NCBI GenBank assembly: GCA_947476875.1 | Contig: CANJSG010000002.1 | Coordinates: forward strand, 1,926-65,925 | Direction: 5' to 3' | DNA length: 64,000 nucleotides | DNA from: Verrucomicrobiota bacterium | GTDB lineage: Bacteria; Verrucomicrobiota; Verrucomicrobiia; Limisphaerales; CANJSG01 | In this document: piece by piece, positions 55,178 through 62,486 of the stretch | How the letters are laid out: the number at the start of each line of letters is the position of its first letter | Position numbering within the stretch: the first letter of the stretch is position 1 | The notes under the pieces: generated by a model | The model's database searches: none | What the model saw: the letters and a program-made list of their open reading frames with translations, nothing else | Told to the model about the DNA's origin: nothing | Made by a program: the position numbers and the translations under genes

Positions 55178-55188
55178 CGCCCGTCACT
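55173..55188. terminator. Hairpin AGTGAC-gccc-GTCACT shared by two convergent genes
   Basis: The 6-bp stem contains both stop codons: TGA at 55175-55177 for the plus-strand gene, and TCA at 55184-55186, which is the minus-strand TGA. No U-tract, so function as a terminator is uncertain. Confidence 0.35.
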
Positions 55189-56920
55189 CCACTTCCCGCG
55201 TCACTTCCTCGAGGATCGCGCGCTCGCGGGTCTCAAGCAGCCGGGCCAACGGCGCCAACGTGAGCCAATAGACCAAAGCCGCCACGCACACCACGGCCAC
55301 GATCAGGAGCCCTGCGGCGCCGATGGCCCACGGGCCTTTCCCGCCGATGTAGTAGGCCGCCAGCGGCAGCCAGATCGGCCCCAGCACGACTGGTGTGGCG
55401 AACTGGAGCGCCATGGATTGCAGCAGCTTTTTGCCATCGCGCGGTGTCTGGCGCATCGCGCCCGGGTTCACGCGGAACGGGATGATGATCGAGAGAAGGT
55501 TGCCATAGGCGCACATCAGCAGATAGGCCGCGAGCCACAGCGCCGCGCCTCCGACGACCTCCAGCGGATTCAGGAATCCAAACGCCGCCAATGCGACGAG
55601 GAACACGGCGATCAACACCGCGCTCGCCGGGACGACGGCGAGGTTCTTCGCCAACAGGACCGAGCGTCGTGGCGCCGGCAGAAGCACGAGGCACCGGAAC
55701 GCCTGGCGGTCGTAGCCGAACTGGTTCCCGAAAAGCTGCATCAGGCCGAACAGCGTCAGCATGATGATCCCGGGAATCATGGGCGCGAACAGGCCGGACT
55801 CCGTCAGCATCCCGCCGCTCCGGCTGAAGATGGATCCGAAGACCACAATCATGATGAACTGCGACGCGAAAACCATCCGCAGTTCGGGCGCGCGCATCTG
55901 ACTGCGGAAGAAGGCGAGCGTCAGGGCGCTGACCTCGGACGAGACGAACGGCAGATCGCGGTCGTTGAAGGCGCGTTTCGCCGGTGCGGCGATCGCGGGA
56001 ACTGCGGCGATCGCAGTCGGCGCGGCCGACCTGGTCCGGGCCGTGGCGCGGCCATACGCGCGGCGTGCCTGGCCAAAGGCGACGAGAAGTCCGGCGCCGC
56101 CGACTAGGCCGAAGACCGCGGTCGTTCCCAAGGCCGGCAGGGGCGAGCCTTCCGCGAGGTTGAGCGCCGAAAGACCAACCCAGCCCGGCGGGATGTAACG
56201 GTGGACTTCGCGGACCCGGCCCAGCAGGAGGGCCTCATACTCCGCGCCGCTTCGCGGCTTGCTGGCCTCCTGCTGGGCGGTCTCCGTCAACTTCTTCCGC
56301 GACCATGGATTGTTCAGGAGCATGTTCGGCAGTTGTCCGAGCAGCATCATGCCGACCGTCAGTCCCACGATGATCGAACGCTTCCGCCGGGGATTGCTCA
56401 TCAGGACTCCCAGCCATCCGCGCAACGCATACGTCCATGCAGATACGGCGAACACGAGACCACCCACCGGCAACGCTAGGAGGAGCCACAACGGTCCGTC
56501 CCGCAGCAGTCCCAGGGTCAGTCCCGCCGTCCCGACGAGGAGGATGACAATGGTCGGCGCCACGAGCGAGGCCACGTAGTTCATCGTGAAGAGCTGCGGC
56601 ATCGAGACCGGCAGATGCATCAGCTTGCCGATATCGATGACCTCGGACCGTTGCAGCTCCGTCATCAGGCCGATCAACCAGAAGAGGAGGAAAAGCCCGA
56701 TCGCGACGTCCGCCACGACGAAGTAGATGACCGGCTTTGCCTGGCCCAATCCGAACCAGCCCAACGCGGCGCCCCCGACAAACACCCCGACGACCAGCAT
56801 CACCGCCATGGTCAGCAGGATGATGGAAAGAACCTTGCCGAAGCCGGAGCTCTTGCGCCACCGGTTCGCCCACAGCCGCCAGCGCAGCCAGAGCAGCGCG
56901 AGGAACTGCTCCTTGTTCAC
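55184..56920 (-). CDS. Large multi-pass ABC exporter permease (ABC-2-like)
   Basis: GTG start at 56920 (GTGA overlap with the ATPase stop), giving VNKEQFLALLWLRWRLWANRW. 578 aa with at least 12 hydrophobic helices in two halves. The track ORF (to 57079) is over-extended. Confidence 0.7.
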   Translation of the reverse strand: MNKEQFLALLWLRWRLWANRWRKSSGFGKVLSIILLTMAVMLVVGVFVGGAALGWFGLGQAKPVIYFVVADVAIGLFLLFWLIGLMTELQRSEVIDIGKLMHLPVSMPQLFTMNYVASLVAPTIVILLVGTAGLTLGLLRDGPLWLLLALPVGGLVFAVSAWTYALRGWLGVLMSNPRRKRSIIVGLTVGMMLLGQLPNMLLNNPWSRKKLTETAQQEASKPRSGAEYEALLLGRVREVHRYIPPGWVGLSALNLAEGSPLPALGTTAVFGLVGGAGLLVAFGQARRAYGRATARTRSAAPTAIAAVPAIAAPAKRAFNDRDLPFVSSEVSALTLAFFRSQMRAPELRMVFASQFIMIVVFGSIFSRSGGMLTESGLFAPMIPGIIMLTLFGLMQLFGNQFGYDRQAFRCLVLLPAPRRSVLLAKNLAVVPASAVLIAVFLVALAAFGFLNPLEVVGGAALWLAAYLLMCAYGNLLSIIIPFRVNPGAMRQTPRDGKKLLQSMALQFATPVVLGPIWLPLAAYYIGGKGPWAIGAAGLLIVAVVCVAALVYWLTLAPLARLLETRERAILEEVTREVE

Positions 56921-57687
56921 GCGGCACCCTCCAGCCAGTTCAGCTTCTGCGTCTCCATATGGTCGGAGCCGACCAGCGCGATGAACCGGTCCTCCAGCGA
57001 ACCGCCCGCCGCCCGCAGGTTCTCCATCGAATCCTGGAAGACCAACCTGCCCTTCACGATGACGCCAACCTGCGTGCAAAGCCGTTCCACGATCTCCATC
57101 ACGTGCGAGGTGAGGAAGACGGTCGAGCCGTGGTCGACGAAACGTTTGAGGACGTCCTTGATCTGCCGGGAGGCGACGGCGTCCACGCCCTCGAACGGTT
57201 CATCGAGGAACAACAGCTCGGGCTTCGGCAGCAACGCGGCCGCGAGCGAGAGTTTCTTCTTCATGCCGTGGGAATACTCCACGGTGAGCTTCGTCTCGGC
57301 CGTCGCGAGATCCATCACTTCCAGGAGCTCCTGCGACCGCTGCCGCACCACCTCCGCCGGCACGCCATACATCCGGCCGATGAAGGTCAGGTATTCGCGG
57401 GCCGTGAGGTTCTCAAAGAGCGCGAGATTCTCCGGCACGACGCCGATGCGGCGCTTCACTTCGCGTGCGGCTTTTGGATCGGCCAGATCCACGCCGAGCA
57501 ACCGCATCGAACCGCCCGACGACGCCAGCAGACCCGTCAGCATTTTGATCGTGGTCGATTTGCCCGCGCCGTTCGGCCCGAGGAACCCGTAGAACTGGCC
57601 GGGCTTCACGCGGACATCGATGACGTCGACGGCGATAAACTGGTCGAAGGTCCGGGAGAGCTGGTGGGTTTCGATGGCGAATTCCAT
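56917..57687 (-). CDS. ABC transporter ATP-binding protein
   Basis: Start at ATG 57687 (MEFAIETHQLSRTF). Walker A GPNGAGKST, Walker B LLFLDEPFEGVD, H-loop TSHVME. Confidence 0.9.
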   Translation of the reverse strand: MEFAIETHQLSRTFDQFIAVDVIDVRVKPGQFYGFLGPNGAGKSTTIKMLTGLLASSGGSMRLLGVDLADPKAAREVKRRIGVVPENLALFENLTAREYLTFIGRMYGVPAEVVRQRSQELLEVMDLATAETKLTVEYSHGMKKKLSLAAALLPKPELLFLDEPFEGVDAVASRQIKDVLKRFVDHGSTVFLTSHVMEIVERLCTQVGVIVKGRLVFQDSMENLRAAGGSLEDRFIALVGSDHMETQKLNWLEGAA

Positions 57688-57825
57688 GGGCGAATAACTG
57701 CGCCAGTGGATACCCGAGCGCCGTTTTTGGCCATGGGATAAAAGACCGGTGATCGGCTCCTGCTGGCCCGGCAGGTCCAACCGGATTCCGGGGGACCGCC
57801 GGCGGTTCCGGCAGGCTGAAGATCG

Positions 57826-59370
57826 TTACAGTTCGTTCCAGGAGGTGATGACGAATCCCTGTCCTGGCCCCGACCGGCCCAGTGCTTCATCGTAGTGAAA
57901 CGAGAAGTGTCCGTTCATGGAGATCGAATTCGCGATCACCGCGCCCACACAGTCATACTGGTTGTTTCCGCCGCCGCCGGCGCTGAAAGCGGCTTGAGGG
58001 GCGTAGATGGTCCCGGTGAACGAGGCGTTTCCACCGAGGGAGATGCTGGTGCAGGTGGGCAGCCCGTAGAGGCCGAATTTCAAGGCGCCGATGTTGGCGT
58101 TCATGATCCCGTTCCCTTGCAAACTGACGCTGTCCTTCACGTAGACTTTAAGGCTGGCTCCGGCCGCGATCTCGATCTGCGATTGGCCCGCCATTGAGAA
58201 CGACCCCTTGATGTAGAGAATGGCGTCGCCCCGCACCAATACCTTGGCCTGCCCGCTCAGGCTCAGCGCGCTGAGCTGGTAGTTGCCCGTGTCCAGGACG
58301 TAGTCGTAGATCTGTAAGGCGACATTGGTCGTGTAGCTGTAGGCGGCCGCGATCCAGTTGGTCGCCGAGAAGAAGGTGTTGGTCGTGCTTTTGTTGCCCT
58401 TCACGGTCACGACTTTGTTCGAAAGCACGTAGGGTGATCCGATCGGATAGGAGGCGAGGTTGGTCGTCCAGATCCCTGTGACGGTATTGGTCGTCACCGG
58501 CACGAGCCAGGACGAGACATTGTTCGTCGAGGTAATGATATTCGTTTGGGACACGGTTCCTGGAATCGGGGCGAAGTAACCACCGGTAAACGGCTCCGTG
58601 ACGTCCGGAAACTCCAGGTTCATGTCGTTGTTGTAGCGGCCTGCCTGGACGGTGCCCGAGTTAGCGCCGTCGTTCACCCAGGCCGCCGTGCCGACGGTTC
58701 CATTGTTCAAGGATCCAGTCGGACCCGTGCTGGCCGACCCGTAGACCTTGCCGCCTCCGAGGTTGAGATTGCCGCTGTTGGCGCCGATGGATCCGTTGTC
58801 CCTCGCTTTCGCTGCATCGTAGCGGCCTGCCGTGCTGTAGTTCGGGTCCAGCGAATCGAAGCTGTCCGTGAAGATGTTGCCGGTCCAGTTGATGTCCGAC
58901 TTGGACACCATGCCGCGCGCGAACAGATTGTTTTGCTGGGTCGTCACCCGGATGGTCCGTTGGAGATAGACCTGGTTCAAACCCCCGACCATCCCTGCAT
59001 TCGACGGTTCAGGGGCGTAGCCGGTGGCGAGGATCACCGGGCTCGTGGAGAGATTGGTGTCGAGGGTGACGATGAAAATACCATTGCCGACCGTTCTCTG
59101 CATTCTCCGTAGGCCGTTGGTCAGGCTCCAACCCGTGAAATTGGTGATGTTGCGGTTGTTCAACTGGGCCAGGGCCTCTTCGACTCCCGCTTCGGCGAGA
59201 GGAATGGCCGCATTCCATTGCATCGAGCGCAGCACGCTCCGGTTCTGGTTGCCGATGATCACAAGGTAGCCGCCAAGGCCCATCGCGATGATCGCCAGGG
59301 TGAGCACCGAGATCAGAAGGACGCTTCCGGCTTGGTTCCGAGCGCGCCGTGTTTCGGGGGAGGCGTTCAT
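57826..59370 (-). CDS. Large minor-pseudopilin-like protein (PilX_N/GspK-like N-terminus, beta-rich C-terminus)
   Basis: Start at ATG 59370 (ATGA overlap). The N-terminus GSVLLISVLTLAIIAMGLGGYL ... AIPLAEAGVEEALAQL is PilX_N-like. 514 aa, with a Gly/Asn/Ser/Thr-rich repetitive body ending in FSFHYDEAL. Confidence 0.7.
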   Translation of the reverse strand: MNASPETRRARNQAGSVLLISVLTLAIIAMGLGGYLVIIGNQNRSVLRSMQWNAAIPLAEAGVEEALAQLNNRNITNFTGWSLTNGLRRMQRTVGNGIFIVTLDTNLSTSPVILATGYAPEPSNAGMVGGLNQVYLQRTIRVTTQQNNLFARGMVSKSDINWTGNIFTDSFDSLDPNYSTAGRYDAAKARDNGSIGANSGNLNLGGGKVYGSASTGPTGSLNNGTVGTAAWVNDGANSGTVQAGRYNNDMNLEFPDVTEPFTGGYFAPIPGTVSQTNIITSTNNVSSWLVPVTTNTVTGIWTTNLASYPIGSPYVLSNKVVTVKGNKSTTNTFFSATNWIAAAYSYTTNVALQIYDYVLDTGNYQLSALSLSGQAKVLVRGDAILYIKGSFSMAGQSQIEIAAGASLKVYVKDSVSLQGNGIMNANIGALKFGLYGLPTCTSISLGGNASFTGTIYAPQAAFSAGGGGNNQYDCVGAVIANSISMNGHFSFHYDEALGRSGPGQGFVITSWNEL

Positions 59371-59912
59371 TGCTTGCGGATGACGATTTTGGCGGTCTGC
59401 ACGCTTTCCGTGTTCACCTTCGACGCGAGGATCTGCCGGGAACAGGTCCACGTGACCTGCACCAGTTTTGCGTTGGTCACGGTCGCGGTTGAATACTGGT
59501 CGTAGGTGCCGCCGATGGGGTTTCTCTGGAAAATGCTGAAGGTGAGCGCGTCGCATTCCGTGAGCAGGACCGTGTTCGTCGATCCTTTGGTCTTGGTAAG
59601 CGTTTTGGCCACCCCGTCGTAGGCGTAGGTCAGGGACATGGCGTCCCAATCGGTGAAGACAAGCCGGTTGGTGGCGAAGCTGCTCAACTGTGTCGTCTGA
59701 CGGATGTCCCGGGTCATCACGTCGAGCGCGTTGCGGCTCTTCCGGTCCAGCTCCAAGTAGTTGACCAGAGCGGCGAACGAACGCCCCGTGTAGCTCATCA
59801 TCGTGGCCATCGATCCCATGACGATCATGCCGATGGCGATCGCCACGAGCATTTCAACGAGGGTGAAGCCCCGTCTGGGGCGATGCCTAGTAGATGTAGG
59901 TTTGGAGACCAT
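59367..59912 (-). CDS. Prepilin-type minor pseudopilin (GspJ/PilW-like)
   Basis: 181 aa with the RRGFTLVEMLVAIAIGMIV prepilin motif. Confidence 0.8.
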   Translation of the reverse strand: MVSKPTSTRHRPRRGFTLVEMLVAIAIGMIVMGSMATMMSYTGRSFAALVNYLELDRKSRNALDVMTRDIRQTTQLSSFATNRLVFTDWDAMSLTYAYDGVAKTLTKTKGSTNTVLLTECDALTFSIFQRNPIGGTYDQYSTATVTNAKLVQVTWTCSRQILASKVNTESVQTAKIVIRKQ

Positions 59913-60354
59913 TGCGGGCGACGAGAGTGGACATGGACCGGTTCCGGAGGACGCCGCTGGAGGTCCATGAAAGATCGACGGTTACAACGCGCAGATCGTT
60001 GCTGTAGGTCGGAGGGTTTGGGAGGTTGAAGGCGGCGATCGTGACTGCACCCGTGTAGAGCAGGCCACCTCCGTTGGTCGGACCGAAGTATGAGGAGATG
60101 AAGGTGGGCGGGACGAAGTTGTTGGAGGTGATCTGCTCGAACGTGTAGAGCCGGATCGTGTCCATTTTTTCCGCCAGGATCTGGGTGGAACGCAGGTTCT
60201 CGCGGGCCACTTGAACCACGGCGAAGCCCCACGAAATCCCGGCATAGAAGGCCACGGCCGACATGCCGAAGATGGCCATCGCGACCAGCACCTCCACCAA
60301 GGTGAAAGCCCCAGCGCCCGCTCTGTTCACTGGCTGATTTGATCGGATCTTCAT
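59887..60354 (-). CDS. Prepilin-type minor pseudopilin (GspI/PilV-like)
   Basis: 155 aa with the GAGAFTLVEVLVAMAIFGM prepilin motif. It overlaps the next gene by 26 nt. Confidence 0.8.
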   Translation of the reverse strand: MKIRSNQPVNRAGAGAFTLVEVLVAMAIFGMSAVAFYAGISWGFAVVQVARENLRSTQILAEKMDTIRLYTFEQITSNNFVPPTFISSYFGPTNGGGLLYTGAVTIAAFNLPNPPTYSNDLRVVTVDLSWTSSGVLRNRSMSTLVARNGLQTYIY

Positions 60355-60501
60355 GATGACACTACCTGTCAGGTCGGTAGTTTTTCATTTCTGCCTTAGA
60401 AGCATTTCTGGATCCACTTCGGACGGTGGATACGACCCGGCACCGGCATGCCTGAATAGAGGACGGCTTTGTGCTGATTGGCTTCCCCTGTTTTGGTTTC
60501 A

Positions 60502-60531
60502 GGCATCGTGCCTTTTTGAAACCACGATGCC
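60502..60531. repeat. 9-bp inverted repeat GGCATCGTG-n12-CACGATGCC in the pseudopilin-operon upstream region
   Basis: Read directly from the sequence. It lies in the 344-nt, relatively AT-richer gap between the S4 gene stop (60699) and the pseudopilin start (60354). Confidence 0.6.
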
Positions 60532-60698
60532 GTCGTCCGGTAATCCGTTCCCATCGAAGCGCTCAAAGAAAAAGCCGGCGCGAGATTTGGCCAAATCGAT
60601 GTCTTGGAGGAGTTCACCATCCAGGCTCCGCCTCCGCGGGCGGCGAGCTCAGGATCTCTCCGCTTTCGAACCGCTCCTGACCACGTGGTTCCGGCGCG

Positions 60699-61076
60699 TC
60701 ATCCGGTGAACTCGTCCAGCTTGCGCCGGTCCTTCTTCGTGGGACGGCCGGAGCCTTTTGGGCGGAGGTTGAGCGGGCGGAAATTCGGATCGCTGCGCCG
60801 TATGAGTTCCTCCGGCGGAGTCAGGTCGTCCATGAACTGCGGGACGGCTGCTGCGCCGACCCGTTTGTCGACCATGCCCACCACGCGGACCTTGCGCCGG
60901 AATTCGACGGTCTGGACCTCGAGCAGGTCGCCGATGCGGACATCGCGGGCAGCTTTGGCCGGGGCGTCGTTCACCTTCACCTTGCCGCCGCGACAAGCTT
61001 CGGCCGCGAGGGAGCGGGTCTTGAAAAGGCGGACGGCCCAAAGCCATTTGTCGATGCGGACCCCGGCGTCGCTCAT
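60699..61076 (-). CDS. S4-domain RNA-binding protein (Hsp15-like)
   Basis: Start at ATG 61076 (ATGA overlap). VRIDKWLWAVRLFKTRSLAAEACRGGKVKVN is the S4/Hsp15 pattern. 125 aa. Confidence 0.82.
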   Translation of the reverse strand: MSDAGVRIDKWLWAVRLFKTRSLAAEACRGGKVKVNDAPAKAARDVRIGDLLEVQTVEFRRKVRVVGMVDKRVGAAAVPQFMDDLTPPEELIRRSDPNFRPLNLRPKGSGRPTKKDRRKLDEFTG

Positions 61077-62374
61077 TCCTGGATGCGGTAGAGATGGGTC
61101 TTGGTGCGGACGAAGAGGGCGTTGCCGGAGACGGCCGGCGAACTCATCACGCCGTCGGCCAGGGTGTTCTCGGCGATCTTGGAGAAGGTTCCCCCGGTCG
61201 CAAGGACGATGCCCTTGCCCTCCTCGTTGAAGGCGTAGAGCCGGCCGTCGGCCACGATGGGTGACGCGGAATAGTTGCCGCCGATCCGTTCGCTCCAGAT
61301 CTGCTCGCCCGTCTTGGCATTCCAGCAATTGGCCACGCCGCCGTCCTCGATGCCGAAGAGCCGTTCGCCGACCAGCGTGAGCGACGGCTTCTTGGGAGTG
61401 CCGCGTTTCGATTTCCATGCGACCTGGAGTTTCCCGCCTTCCGCAGAAGCGGCGTTGGCATCAAGCACCTCGCCCTTCTTGCCGGGCTTGATCGCGAGGG
61501 TCTGTCCTTGGGACCAGCCTGTCGGGACGTAGACAAGTCCGTTCCCGGTGACCGGCCTAGTTCCGCCCGAATGGCTGGTGCGTTCCTCCACGCGCCAGAG
61601 TTCCTCGCCGGTGCGCGGGTTGTAGGCGTAGAGCGCGTTGGCCCCTTGGCTGAGAAGCGTGGTCACGCCTTCCAGTTCAGCGATGTGGCAGGTGGCAAAA
61701 GCCTTCCTCATATCGCCCTCCATCTTGGGTTTGCCGTCGGGACCAAGGTCCTTGAAGTCGATGGAGCGGTCCTTGCGCCAGACGGTTTTGCCGGTGGCCT
61801 TGTCGAGCGCGACGATGAACTGGTGGTCGCTGCCGTCGCACTTCACGATGAGCAGATCCTGCCAGATAATGGGCGACGAGCCGGCGCCGCGGTAGTGGTT
61901 GCACTCGAAGTCGCGCCGTTCCCAGAGAACCTTGCCGGTCTTCGTATCGAGGCAGGCCGTGCCGGGCGCGCCGAAGGTGATGTAGACGCGGCCTTCCTCG
62001 ATGGCGGGTGTGGGCGAGGCGTGGCTGTTGAACTTGTGGACGAACTGCGGCTTCTCCACTTCGAAGAGCTTCTGGTCGCGGATGACTTTCCCCGTCTCCT
62101 TGTCGAGGCAGACGGCGAAGAGTTCCCGGCCATCCTCCGGCGCAGTGGTCAGCCAGATCTGGTTTCCCCAGACGACGGGCGAGGACCAGGCCTTGCCGTG
62201 GATGGGGGTCTTCCATTTCACGTGGTTCGTTTCGCTCCACGTCGTCGGCAGCTGGGAGGCCGTGACGCCGTCCCCATGCGGGCCGCGGAACTCGGGCCAG
62301 TTGGTCTCGGGGGAAGCGGCCAAGGCGACGATGCTCGAGACCATTAGACTTGCGAGCATCACGGTGGGTTTCAT
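61073..62374 (-). CDS. Exported PQQ-like beta-propeller repeat protein
   Basis: 433 aa. Signal peptide, then NWPEFRGPHGDG, with recurring 'D..TGK..W' blade motifs. Confidence 0.82.
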   Translation of the reverse strand: MKPTVMLASLMVSSIVALAASPETNWPEFRGPHGDGVTASQLPTTWSETNHVKWKTPIHGKAWSSPVVWGNQIWLTTAPEDGRELFAVCLDKETGKVIRDQKLFEVEKPQFVHKFNSHASPTPAIEEGRVYITFGAPGTACLDTKTGKVLWERRDFECNHYRGAGSSPIIWQDLLIVKCDGSDHQFIVALDKATGKTVWRKDRSIDFKDLGPDGKPKMEGDMRKAFATCHIAELEGVTTLLSQGANALYAYNPRTGEELWRVEERTSHSGGTRPVTGNGLVYVPTGWSQGQTLAIKPGKKGEVLDANAASAEGGKLQVAWKSKRGTPKKPSLTLVGERLFGIEDGGVANCWNAKTGEQIWSERIGGNYSASPIVADGRLYAFNEEGKGIVLATGGTFSKIAENTLADGVMSSPAVSGNALFVRTKTHLYRIQE

Positions 62375-62486
62375 GCGCTAGACCTTACCGAATCGCAGAA
62401 ACGTGCAAACCCGGAATGCGCGGCGCGGTCCGGTAAGGCGAATCCTCGACTCAGCTTGCGATCGGTTTCTGCCGATAGCCGATCGA

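Noticed and set aside
60495-60531. H-type pseudoknot formed by the two interleaved complementary pairs
   Set aside because: The geometry would require a zero-length loop between the 3' strand of stem 1 and the 3' strand of stem 2. That is sterically implausible, so I report them as alternative pairings only.
60396-60620. 74-aa minus-strand ORF (and 60353-60709 on the plus strand) in the pseudopilin upstream gap
   Set aside because: No TM segment, signal or motif, and mutually overlapping on opposite strands. There is no sign of coupling to neighbouring genes. Treated as non-coding leader.
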